Shown here: piece after piece, positions 12,981 to 24,594 of the stretch
Layout of the letters: each line of letters starts with the position of its first letter
Position numbering within the stretch: the stretch's first letter is position 1
Assembly: GCF_001194135.2 (NCBI RefSeq)
Contig: NC_068993.1
Location: 14,629,237-14,664,644 of the forward strand
DNA: 35,408 bases
Reading direction: 5' to 3'
Origin: Octopus bimaculoides
Taxonomy: Eukaryota
Position numbers and translations under genes: made by a program
The notes under the pieces: model-generated
Databases searched by the model: none
The model's input: the letters and a program-made list of their open reading frames with translations, nothing else
What the model was told of the DNA's origin: nothing

Positions 12981-13715
12981 AGGTGGATACGAACTTTACT
13001 CATCGATATGAATTCGGAGATGTTGGTTCTTTAATGTGATGCTCGATGTCGCATAATCGAATATGCATGGGTTAATCAGCATTTTCAAATTTATAATCTA
13101 AATATATCATGCTGAAGAGTGGAAATGAACTTTTACACAATTCTAATCCCGAAACGCGCCCATGATTAACTAACGACAGGTTAGTTTCGTTATTTTTCGT
13201 CTTTTGACTATGTGATTCACGAATATTGCTATCTGTGGAGATATATTGTAGTAGCAGAATTTGTATTTTATCTGCTATTTCTAAATTTTCGGTATCTTGG
13301 AGAAGCAACTTTTGCTCATCCCTTAATTATGTATACACATACACACATACACACATACACACACAACACACACACACACAGATATATATATATATATATA
13401 TATATATANNNNNNNNNNNNNNNNNNNNNNNNNNNNNNNNNNNNNNNNNNNNNNNNNNNNNNNNNNNNNNNNNNNNNNNNNNNNNNNNNNNNNNNNNNNN
13501 NNNNNNNNNNNNNNNNNNNNNNNNNNNNNNNNNNNNNNNNNNNNNNNNNNNNNNNNNNNNNNNNNNNNNNNNNNNNNNNNNNNNNNNNNNNNNNNNNNNN
13601 NNNNNNNNNNNNNNNNNNNNNNNNNNNNNNNNNNNNNNNNNNNNNNNNNNNNNNNNNNNNNNNNNNNNNNNNNNNNNNNNNNNNNNNNNNNNNNNNNNNN
13701 NNNNNNNNNNNNNNN

Positions 13716-13778
<63 letters not shown>

Positions 13779-16129
13779 GAGAGAGAGAGATATATGATAG
13801 CATATACTTCTCCCTTGAAACACACCATTCCATTGTAAAATGTTTTGAAAATACAGTTGTAGGTATAGAAATTCAGGATTTCAGCATGAAACGTTCTATG
13901 CAAACCAGAACCAAGTGGGCAAGAGTAAAAATTATAACCACCACTAACACTTACTCTACCGCTAACACACACGGTAAAAACTATTCGTGCTGAAGTTCAG
14001 ACCATTAAACGTTAGGTATCTTGGTATTTTATATTCAGCATTCTCTAGTATGTGAAAATGCTGAGCTCATTCTTTGTGGAGACATCAGTATACTGGGAGC
14101 ATAGTACATAATTGTACATAACATGATGTGATTAGTCCAAACACTGTGAATACCTTAATCGTTACTTTTTCTTTTTTAGTATCCTTGAAATATCGTGTTC
14201 ACACATATTTGAATATATCTCCTGTGCGAATTCTGTATAGCTGGAATCTTAATACATGAAATATTTAACTCATTAAATACTGGCAAGTTTGGTATTAATT
14301 TGATTTCATTCATATAAAATATGTTATTTAAATTACTAACTCTTGACTATTTTATTATAATTAAAATTTATCGTGAATGGCAGGTCGGACAGATATGTAT
14401 TTCATATTTAATGTATTGGGAAATTATCGAAACACAGCTGACATAGTTTGTTACATAATTAAGTACCTAAGTAATTAACAACAGATGATCTAAATTAGAT
14501 ATATTTCACAAATTTTTCAATAATGTTAAACGCACGGCAGTTACAGTGCATTTGATTATGAAATTATGCATCTTAAATTTAATCACAATATTTACTAACG
14601 AGACAAGAAATGGTTTTGTTTCATGTTGTTAAAGAATGTAATTTTATGGAAATATGTACTTTGCACATGCTAGAGCTATCACTTTGAAGAATCACTCGTC
14701 GAAATACAGAATACTTTATATATGCTTGTATATGTATCTATATGTGTGTGTATGTGCGTGTGTATGTATGGATATATATACATACATTAAGAACTCAGAT
14801 TCAAACCGTATAAAAAAACAAAGAGGATTACTTGCAAGTGGTGACTATTAGATTGGATTTTTTTTTAAATGTGGTCAATCTAGATATGTTAGAGCGTGTT
14901 TTGATATACGCATATTTATATATATATATATATATATATATANNNNNNNNNNNNNNNNNNNNNNNNNNNNNNNNNNNNNNNNNNNNNNNNNNNNNNNNNN
15001 NNNNNNNNNNNNNNNNNNNNNNNNNNNNNNNNNNNNNNNNNNNNNNNNNNNNNNNNNNNNNNNNNNNNNNNNNNNNNNNNNNNNNNNNNNNNNNNNNNNN
15101 NNNNNNNNNNNNNNNNNNNNNNNNNNNNNNNNNNNNNNNNNNNNNNNNNNNNNNNNNNNNNNNNNNNNNNNNNNNNNNNNNNNNNNNNNNNNNNNNNNNN
15201 NNNNNNNNNNNNNNNNNNNNNNNNNNNNNNNNNNNNNNNNNNNNNNNNNNNNNNNNNNNNNNNNNNNNNNNNNNNNNNNNNNNNNNNNNNNNNNNNNNNN
15301 NNNNNNNNNNNNNNNNNNNNNNNNNNNNNNNNNNNNNNNNNNNNNNNNNNNNNNNNNNNNNNNNNNNNNNNNNNNNNNNNNNNNNNNNNNNNNNNNNNNN
15401 NNNNNNNNNNATATATATATATATATATATAAACATACACTTATATTTATATACACATGTGCATATACATACATAGTAAGACATATATATATATATATAT
15501 GTATATATGTAAGTATATGTATACTTTTATATATGTACATATATTCCACTCAAACTCATGCACACACGTATAGTGGAATTATGGATACACTTTCCATTAG
15601 ACTATGCTTTCGTCTATAATCTCCATATTCCACATAACTTGCAAAGAAATATGCACTGTGTATGCCAAGAGCATGACACAACGTCTCAGATACTGATGGC
15701 AATATCTTCTCATTATTAACACCACCTGAAAAATTACCTATTATTTAAATGTCAACGATATTCTTACTGAGATTTCCTCTACAGCTTGAAGGATTTATTT
15801 TCCCCTTATAACATATAAAATTTCATGTGTTATATAAGCTTATAATATTTATAAACCAGAGCAGGTTTTGCATCATTCACTGTAAGATAACTTCCCAATC
15901 CTTAGCAGTAAATTGGAGAGCATGCATACGTGCAATAAAACATATCTAATTCGTATAATGCATGTATCAACAGACACATACTAGACATTAATAACGTATT
16001 AAAAACAAATACTAATTTTGGAATATCTTGATATAAATCACACAGAAATATATCTCAAACTCGTCAAACAAAATCCATAAAGTATTCACACATGGATTGC
16101 TCTTTAGTTTAATTACAACACTTCTCTAG

Positions 16130-16237
16130 GATTTCTCCGCTTCTTTTTATGTCTTCCATGGGGATTATTCTACAATTTATCAGCAGGATTGGAAACGAAA
16201 TTACAATAAAGCTCATAAGAACTACTTCCTTAATGAA
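16130..16237 (+). CDS. Weak candidate exon; two frames open (DFSASFYVFHGDYSTIYQQDWKRNYNKAHKNYFLNE or ISPLLFMSSMGIILQFISRIGNEITIKLIRTTSLMK)
   Basis: Good acceptor ACACTTCTCTAG, weak donor GAA|GTATTC, 108 nt. Frame is ambiguous. Confidence 0.2.
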
Positions 16238-16673
16238 GTATTCAAATACCCCCAATGAATTGTGAATACGAAATATGTTCTACAGTTAATCATTTTTGTA
16301 TTTGTGGAATGATAATCGGTGAAATACCATGGTGTCCACGATAAAACATGGCGCCATTTTTCTCCCTTGTGTTACTTCTAGTTTTCTTACAGTTCGGTAG
16401 TAGTAATTCCCCATATATTGTTCTTTAATTATTAGGCGACTCAATTCACCATCATGATGAATTAGCTATGAAACCGCTTATATTAGCTATACTAAGAATA
16501 ATCCATAAAACTTTGTTGAAAAACAGTATCTGTCGATAAGTATCTGCAATGATCGGAATGTAAGAGACTGATACGCACGTTATGTTTTAATCTTTATAAC
16601 TGGAATAAATACATGAGAGTTACTGGAACGATTGGTGCATACAGGAATATTTAAAACAACAGAACAAAGCAGA

Positions 16674-16826
16674 CGATGTATGTGATAAGAAGCTTGCTTC
16701 CGAACAACATGGTTCCGGGTTCAGTCCAAGTGCGTGGCATCTTTACGGGTGTCTCCTTTTATAGCATCAAGCCGACCAAAGCTTTGTCATTGGATTCGGC
16801 AGACCGAAACTGAAAGAAACCCATCG
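16674..16826 (+). mobile_element. SINE family A, 5' head
   Basis: TGTGATAAGAAGCTTGCTTCCGAACAACATGGTTCCGGGTTCAGTCC (B-box at 16718-16727)...GCCGACCAAAGCTTTGT...GAAACTGAAAGAAACCCATCG followed by (TA)n. It is the reverse complement of 10841-10995. Confidence 0.8.
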
Positions 16827-16879
<53 letters not shown>

Positions 16880-17003
16880 ATACATACCTATGCGTGTACA
16901 CTATTGTTCTGTTGTATTTATGTCACTGAAACTTGACGGCTCGGCAAGGGAGAGGGATAGAATACGTAATAGCGCTATGATATTTGTCGATGCATCGATT
17001 TTG

Positions 17004-17040
17004 AGATAGATCGATCGATCGATCGATCGATCGATCGATC

Positions 17041-17104
<64 letters not shown>
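17004..17104. repeat. Compound (GATC)n-(GATA)n tetranucleotide microsatellite
   Basis: About 8 GATC units (17009-17040) switching to about 16 GATA units. Confidence 0.96.
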
Positions 17105-17105
<1 letters not shown>

Positions 17106-17137
17106 GTATGTATGCAGGCATTTATGTATATAATATA

Positions 17138-17935
17138 CAGGGTGCCTAAGATATTTGAGGACATATTTATGTTTATAAAAAAAAAAACAGATATATAATA
17201 ACATAATGACTTTATCAAAAATTGTTATGAAGATAAGAATAAACTTTCTTGTGTATAATGTTCTTCAATAAAGCCACCTTCAACTTCAAAAACTGCTTCT
17301 ATATGAGATCTAAATCATCTACATGTTCGAATTAAGTGGTCGTAGTTCATTTTGGACATTACTCTGGCTATGGCAGCGTTGAATGAATCTTTGTTCTTAT
17401 GGGCATGTTCATTGACCTCTCTTTCTCTCTCTCTCAGCAACGATCCATATGTTATATTCTAATTGACTGATGTCTGGAGTATTAGGAGGCCAAATTTTAG
17501 GGGTTATGGGATCGTGAAAATTTTTCATCCATTCATGTGTTATTAGAACCATGTTTGGTGGTGCAGAGTCTTACTTAAACAGATATGGCCTACCACTGCA
17601 TACACTGTAGGCGGCAGAGCTAATTCTAATACCCTGTGGTGAGAAGTAAGGATGCATCACATGTTGTTCATTACTGATAACAAATAAAACCATGACAGTT
17701 GCAGGAAATTTTGTATGGATAACACTTGAGACTTCAAAAGGGTCTGCACATAACCATCTGTCGTTTCTTCTGTTAACTTTCTGATCTTGGTCGAAGATTT
17801 TCTCGTTTGAGAAAAAAACAAAGCAAATCGCCTGCGGGATATTTCAGTTTGTTTCAAAGCCTTTTAGATCTGATGTGATTTTCTTTTGCTTTTTCGAACA
17901 AATTGACCCTTCCTCATCATATCAGATTTATAACT
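17138..17935 (-). mobile_element. Decayed Tc1/mariner DNA transposon (maT/DD37D-like transposase, C-terminal two-thirds plus 3' terminus)
   Basis: Minus-strand translation: FFSNEKIFDQDQKVNRRNDRWLCADPFEVSSVIHTKFPATVMVLFVISNEQHVMHPYFSPQGIRI...GRPYLFK*DSAPPNMVLITHEWMKNFHDPITPKIWPPNTPDISQLEYNIW...DHLIRTCR*FRSHIEAVFEVEGGFIE. This shows the (S)DEK, QDSAP and WPPNSPDLNPLDY-type catalytic motifs with 36 residues between the second and third acidic positions. The terminus TA|CAGGGTG is at 17136-17144. The 5' part is missing. Confidence 0.9.
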
Positions 17936-17941
17936 GATGTC

Positions 17942-18126
17942 TTCGTGAGTGGATTTGGTAGAGGGAAACTGAAAGTAGCGCATCGCATTTATATATACAT
18001 ATTTATATATTTGTGTGTGTGTTTGTCCCGCCTCCATCGATTAACAACCAATATTGATGTGTTTACGTCCCTATAACATTAGCGGTCCGGCATAGGACAC
18101 CGACAGAATAAGTACTAGGCTTACAC
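17942..18126 (+). mobile_element. SINE family A, central and 3' fragment
   Basis: GTGAGTGGATTTGGTAGAGGGAAACTGAAAG, short TA/TG tract, TTTGTCCC...GTGTTTACGTCCC...AGCGGTCCGGCA...AGAATAAGTACTAGGCTTACA. It links the head and body halves seen separately in other copies. Confidence 0.75.
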
Positions 18127-18141
18127 AAATTTTGTACGCAG

Positions 18142-18215
18142 TTTTGAGTGTAGTATGCAGCAGACAGAGACAATTCAAATTATCTTCATTAAGAGTTCCT
18201 GAAAGTGATGGAACC
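18142..18215 (+). CDS. Candidate exon a of unrecognised plus-strand gene, phase 1 to 0 (xLSVVCSRQRQFKLSSLRVPESDGT)
   Basis: Acceptor TTTTGTACGCAG, donor ACC|GTAAGT, the only open frame of three, phase-compatible with 19026. Confidence 0.4.
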
Positions 18216-18469
18216 GTAAGTAAAGTAATACATATTTATGAATGTAAGTGAATTATTTAAAACTCATTCGTTTTCTTCCGTTTCTAACGGTCAGTTCATA
18301 GACCAAAAGTTTTGAAAGCCGACATTCTATTCCTCTTAACTAGGTTTCATCTCAGAGCACATAATGGTAATTATGTGTAGCAGTCATGCAGTTCCAAACT
18401 ACAAAATGAGCACCTAGCTATGGCAACCGAAAAGGTTTCCATAAACATTTGAAATTCTGGGCCATGACA

Positions 18470-18572
18470 AACAACTTTGATCTAGGCAGTACGTGAAATC
18501 AGAACAAAATATACTAGAAAAATATCGCTAAGCATTTTGTTGCATGCGATAACAATTCTACCATGTCACCGT
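18470..18572 (-). mobile_element. SINE family C, diverged head fragment
   Basis: GAAATCAGAAC...ATCGCTAAGCATTTTGTTGCATGCGATAACAATTCTACC resembles 24725-24795 and 24955-25020. Confidence 0.5.
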
Positions 18573-19025
18573 TCTTATTTCATACATACTTGATGGTAGA
18601 GAACAACTGAAATTTCTTCCACAACGAATTGAAACTATTTGACTTTGCTAGGGAAATATATATTAACAATGATCATGTTCCACGTTGAAGAGATGATTAG
18701 GAAAAATAAACAACATCCAAATAATTTAGTTTTCCTTTCGTTAGCCCATTCATTTAAAATATAGCAAAATACTTGAGCGTAGAGATTTTCAGTCTAAATT
18801 GGATTCTATTTTTAATTCACTTGATACTAAATGGATGTGAAAACATTAATTTAAACTATTGAAATACTCTTGACGCCCCTGACGAAACTGTGGTATTTTT
18901 ATTCCATTCTATTAAAGCATCTAATTAATGGTTGGTATGTAGACAATTTGTTTTGGTTAATGATTAGCAAGTTTTAATTTAGTTTTCTTTCTAATCTAAA
19001 ATTAATATTTTATTACTGACCGTAG

Positions 19026-19048
19026 GCAATGGTAGGTCAATTCATCAG
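19026..19048 (+). CDS. Candidate 23-nt micro-exon b, phase 0 to 2 (AMVGQFI[S])
   Basis: T-rich tract then ACTGACCGTAG acceptor, perfect donor CAG|GTGAGT, frame bridges exons a and c. Confidence 0.45.
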
Positions 19049-19250
19049 GTGAGTTACAATAGCAAACATCATCTAGATACACATACGCGCGAACACACAC
19101 ACAGACACACAGAGACATACACTCACAAACACACAAACACACACACACACACACAACCACTTACGTACCTAGATATATACATATATAGATGTATGGATAT
19201 ATATCTGCGTACATGTACGTATACATATGTATATATGTGTGTGCCTGTCC

Positions 19251-19291
<41 letters not shown>

Positions 19292-20410
19292 ATATATACT
19301 CTATACACATGCCTATGTATCTGTATACATAAACGTACATATGCACACACACACATGTATATATATNNNNNNNNNNNNNNNNNNNNNNNNNNNNNNNNNN
19401 NNNNNNNNNNNNNNNNNNNNNNNNNNNNNNNNNNNNNNNNNNNNNNNNNNNNNNNNNNNNNNNNNNNNNNNNNNNNNNNNNNNNNNNNNNNNNNNNNNNN
19501 NNNNNNNNNNNNNNNNNNNNNNNNNNNNNNNNNNNNNNNNNNNNNNNNNNNNNNNNNNNNNNNNNNNNNNNNNNNNNNNNNNNNNNNNNNNNNNNNNNNN
19601 NNNNNNNNNNNNNNNNNNNNNNNNNNNNNNNNNNNNNNNNNNNNNNNNNNNNNNNNNNNNNNNNNATATATATATATATATGCAAATGTATATGTGTGTG
19701 TGTGTGGATGGAGGGGCTATGTATTCTGAATATTAAATACCAAATGAGGAAACAGTCACTGAATTGTAAATAAAAATGTTATTTTTATGTAAATATTGAA
19801 ACATTCCAGCCTAAGTAGTAATTGCATTTGACAGATTTGCACTATTTTTGTAAATTTTGCATGTTTGGATTAGTTTGAATTGTATTTTGTTAGAGAAATG
19901 GAGATTCTCAAGTTTTGTACTGTGTCCGTCTAGCAAACGCGTAGGTTGTTCGCTAGTTAAACAGCTGTGAATATATATCAGTAAATTTTTATAGGGGAAG
20001 ATGTGAGAGAAAGACAATGTAAGATAGTTAATACCAAACTTTCAAAAATATAATAAGTATTATGTGGTATCCACTATATGATGGTAAAGGAAACAGACGC
20101 ATTTAGAAATATATTTAATCACACTTGTTCAAAAACTTATGAAGAAATGCGTTTAGGGAAAAAATTCTTAGTTGTAGAAGGGCAACATATCGGTATACAA
20201 AGTGGAAGTATTAGACTTTATTCGAATCTATGATTTAGGGAGAAAGCTGTGTATCTCAAAATGGAAATAGGTATCAGATAAATGTAAAACTTTCCTTCGT
20301 GTATTGTTAAGATGGCAGTGACAAAGTTAACACTAGTCGTGTCATCGGGTACATACAACTATCAGAAGATATATGCATTGAAGCAAATTTATATACCTGG
20401 CTATTATCAG

Positions 20411-20548
20411 TGCTATGGCTCAAGGAAATGAAATACAATCTCACGTGTTTCGTGAACTAATGAGCATTGTTTCATGTCGAGTCAACGAAGTGTTCAAACA
20501 GGAAGAGATACACTGTTACGTTTTTCAGTCTTTGTTTGAAAGATTCCT
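20411..20548 (+). CDS. Candidate exon c, phase 2 to 2 (AMAQGNEIQSHVFRELMSIVSCRVNEVFKQEEIHCYVFQSLFERF[L])
   Basis: Acceptor CTATTATCAG, 45 stop-free codons with amphipathic-helix patterning, donors CT|GTAAGG (20549) or AAG|GTATGT (20554). The other two frames have early stops. Confidence 0.5.
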
Positions 20549-21557
20549 GTAAGGTATGTTACATAATATTTGCTTTCTCACTGTCGTTACCATTAAAATC
20601 AAAACGCTTATTTGCAGAATGATTTCGTAAAATTGTTCAGATATGGTTATTTCTCCCCAAATCCCACGTTGTAAAGCAAACACTATTGTTTTATTATACA
20701 TTATTGGATAATGGCTTCGACGTTTCAGTGTACTTAGTCTTTATTGGATGATGGACTATTTGGGTTAATTATGGGTTATGTTACAGGGTGGGTTGTGATG
20801 GAGGAGTACAATGAAGAATTTTTAAAATTAAATTTGGAGTTGAGTATTGTTCAGAATTCAGTCAGGCATGTAGAACTTTGTAATGAGGTGTGTTTATTTA
20901 AGGTTCTCAGTTTCAGTGCTTGTGGGACGTTTAGGTGTTTCCAAAATCAACGTGAGTAGGCGAAAAGTTTAGTTGGTCCGCTGATTTCTCACTAGAAGTA
21001 GCTGTTTTAGACTGTATTGGAACACTGATGGGAGACTTAGCTTGTATGTTTTGCAAATGTGAAATTATTGTTTAGATTTTAATCAAACACGCAAAACTTT
21101 CTACTAAAGTACGTATATACATGTTTCTCAGTTTTAGCCGGACATGAGGTTTTAACTGTTCAACAAGTTGTTTTTTATACACACTCTTTACATATAACAA
21201 ATTCTATTCTATATATTTATATTTATAAAATTAAAAATACAACGCTTCATAGAAAATATAGTATTGTATGTATTCAAAATTACAGAAAATATATTGTTGT
21301 ATATGTTCACAAAACAAGTTTGACATGCATCACAAAAGAAAAATGAAGTGGGAGGAAAAAGATCACTTAGAGTTCCGCATCACAAAAGGTTCAGTGGGTA
21401 AAAATTTAACTTACGAGGATCCCGTCTGCGGTGCTATATAGCTCAGTAAATCTTTGGATGATTTCACGATATGTAACGATTGTGTCGATTAAATGAATAA
21501 ACTGGATTGTGTGTGTGCAATCGTGTGCATCGTTTTTTTATATATATATATATATAG

Positions 21558-21590
<33 letters not shown>

Positions 21591-23115
21591 TAATGGATGT
21601 GTTCTAAACCTATTGTGCAATATATCTTTGTGTACTTCATAAAATAATTTACTCTCGTCTAAAGAGTAAGAATGTAACATTTCACCGTGACCATACTCGA
21701 GAACGTCAATCCTACACGGACGAAGCAATGTACGTCTAAAGTAAGAATGCAATAAGTGGTAAGTAATTATCGATCTACCAATCCTTCCAGCAGCTTGTTT
21801 CTTTCCTAAACTACAGCACTACAAGATAATTGTGCTTAATCACATCACTTTTATGTGATGATTTTTTGTGCACTTGATATCAAATGATACCTACTGATTG
21901 ATTTTGACAAGTAAATATTCAATTTCACTGTAACTCTATAGTTTGTATCGTTGATGATAGGTATTAATGAATATTATTTCAATTTTCGATAGAATGTAAG
22001 CCAAGTAGTTGTTCAAAGGGAGAGAATCATTACTATGTCTGAATATGAGATCAGAACGTGAAATGTTGGTATTAAATCGCACAGTTTAAAGCAATCCATC
22101 TATATGTAATTCACCTTACATATTCTTTAAAGCATCTCATATTACATTGTCATATGACAACGATTTTTAATACTCCAACTAAAAAGTAAGCATCAAGTCC
22201 CAATAATTATATATAAAAGCATGATGATATTTAAGGAAATGAACTGTTACATGACTCACCAGACAGAGACAGAAATGAATGCATAAATAAATAGAAAGAT
22301 TATTATTAAACAAATTATTACTAGTTTTCATATTTGTTATCTCCTTAAAATGCGATATATGATTTGTTGTTGGTCGAAAAACAACCAGGATCATGTGAGT
22401 CCCAGTCTAATATAAGCAGCGATTGCCAGTTATTAGATTTTTCTAAGTCGCGTTACTGGATTGTTATCTGAAAATATGGATATTGAGTGTAATCTTGGGT
22501 TTAGTCGTAAATCTTAGTTATCTACATACCTAATTTATGGTTGATTACAGGATTTATATTATAGATTTATTTTGCTTGTATATTCCGGACGCTGCCAAAG
22601 TTTTATTTATTTGTATCTCTCCCTGTGCAGTTGTTCATTTAGTCTGCTATTTAGATATGTACCGATACTGGAATGTTTCAATCGGTCCACCCTCTAATGT
22701 CGTTGTATTTTTATCGAGATGTTGTAGGATGAGTTAAGATGCTTTGGTGTACTGAAATAGTTCATATATTTTTTTAAAATATAAACGAACGATATAGTAC
22801 TATCAATCTAGAAGGGGAATTAAACTAATACATACTTCTTTATGGATAACTATATACGTGTAACTCAAAAGCAAAAAAATAAAAAAGAGAAATCTGCAAA
22901 TGGACTTGACATATGTATGTTATGTCTATTAGTCAAATTAACCCAATAAATGTAAGATGTAGTTTTAAAAGTTATGATGAAGCTCAGTCAAGAAGTACTT
23001 TTTAAATTCTATATAAGTTGCAATATTCCTTTCTATTTCGTGTAGTAGAGAACGTTTTTCTTTACGTATGATGAATATGTAAACTTTTACTTTTAACATA
23101 ATTTTTGAATGCGTG

Positions 23116-23154
<39 letters not shown>

Positions 23155-23919
23155 GTCGACGCTCTCAAGCGATGACGTAGGATCTTCCAAGACATATAAA
23201 TAGAGGTAGTCTAGCCGTGGTAGAGGGGTTGAGTAGCCCTTGTGTAGCGGTTGAGTAGAGATCATCCGAAGGTGCTAGATAGCAGTAGCTTGAGACGTAA
23301 TATATATACATAAATACGCATATAAATATGCGTATGAGTGCTTGCATGTGTGTGCTTGTGCGTGTGTGTATGTGTAGAAAACTTCACATATTATTTACAC
23401 AAAATTGACGTAATATGAGTTAATGGGTAGGTTGATAGACAGTATTTGACTTACAACATTTCATCTATGTTATGTTTGCTGAAGGTTTGAATGCCAATTT
23501 CTTCAGCGGTTATCCATAACTTTATTGTATTGCAGAAATAACCTTATTGTACTGTGTTAGAGACACTACAAAATTTCGGATTCATTACGTATTATAGAAT
23601 TAGATACAGCAGGTATGAAAAAGAAACCAAAATCCTGTAGGACTCGATTAAAATGTATTTGTTAGTAATACTTGACCAGAGGTAGACGATTGAAAGTTCC
23701 ATGACGCTCTAATTTGTATTCTTTCTCTCGCAACATACCCTAAAACTCTATAGGCTACTTCAGACATAAGAAAACTCATTAGGCAGCTGATTATTTATAA
23801 TTACTTGTGCATCATTTCAGGTTGTAAAACGCTGAGAAATAGTCTAAAGTTTGAGAAAATGCTGCTCGAAAATGTAGCTATATTTCAATAATATTCCTCA
23901 ACGGTCATGAATGACCATG

Positions 23920-24080
23920 GGATTGCACCTAGAAAGTTACCCTCCGAGGCAAAAGTCCGGGCAAGGTTGTTTATGAAATGGCCAGCTGTTGCCCATGCAT
24001 ACAAGCCTCCTCTCTCTACACCAGTGATGTTATCCAAGGGCAAAGCAAAGGCCTATACATCTTGGCACCAGTGATGTCCG
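23920..24080. mobile_element. Probable SINE-body fragment (GC-rich, interrupted by family C copy)
   Basis: GGTTGTTTATG...GCCCATGCATACAAGCCTCC...GATGTTATCCAAGGGCAAAGCAAAGGCC...CTTGGCACCAGTGATGTC resembles an abundant octopus repeat as I recall it. There is no second copy in this window to confirm it. Confidence 0.4.
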
Positions 24081-24084
24081 TATA

Positions 24085-24226
24085 TTCTAAGTTTAAATTC
24101 CACAGAGATCGACTATGTCTTTCATTCTTTCGAAAGACTCCCCAGTCAAGCACCGGGGTCGATGTAATCAACTTACCCACTTCCTCCATAACTGTTGGCC
24201 TTGCGTGAAAATTTGAAACCAATATT
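24085..24226 (+). mobile_element. SINE family C, B-box region to 3' end
   Basis: AGTTTAAATTCCACAGAGATCGACTATGTCTTTTCATTCTTTCG...GCACCGGGGTCGATGTAATC...GGCCTTGCGTGAAAATTTGAAACC is the reverse complement of 24597-24730. Confidence 0.7.
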
Positions 24227-24594
24227 AAGATGTCTACTATCCATTTTGCAACGATAATTTGAGAGGAAAATTCACTGCATAATGCAAATCTGTATAATAG
24301 TCAAACACTTTATCTAATACTGATACCATGTATACCGCTTATATACTTTTAAAATGCTAAAGCATGCGATAGGTTGGTTGCTTCATCTTCATTCAAACTA
24401 GCTAGTGTCTCTGCACAGATAGCCTACCTATTAAATATGACGGATAAATCTTTCTCGCTATCAAACCCTATTGTCTAAAGATAATGGAAGGACACATTAT
24501 ATAATCTAGCCCTAGATTATTCTAAAGTATCGATGTTATAACTGCAATTCCTTTCAACTTTGGTATGTCACACTGGGTTGACAACCGAAGAAAT

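Noticed and set aside
13165-13185. CAG|GTTAGT as the end of a coding exon
   Set aside because: All three frames have stops within about 30 nt upstream. It is retained only as a weak AG|GT junction.
16980-16997. IFVDAS as a degenerate caspase catalytic-Cys strand
   Set aside because: There is no usable donor before the stop or GATA repeat and no good acceptor, so it cannot be spliced into the model.
20700-21100. Penelope-like element or hammerhead ribozyme (GAAACGTCG motif on minus strand)
   Set aside because: No CUGANGA core pairs with the GAAA, and the translation gives no convincing GIY-YIG or RT motif.
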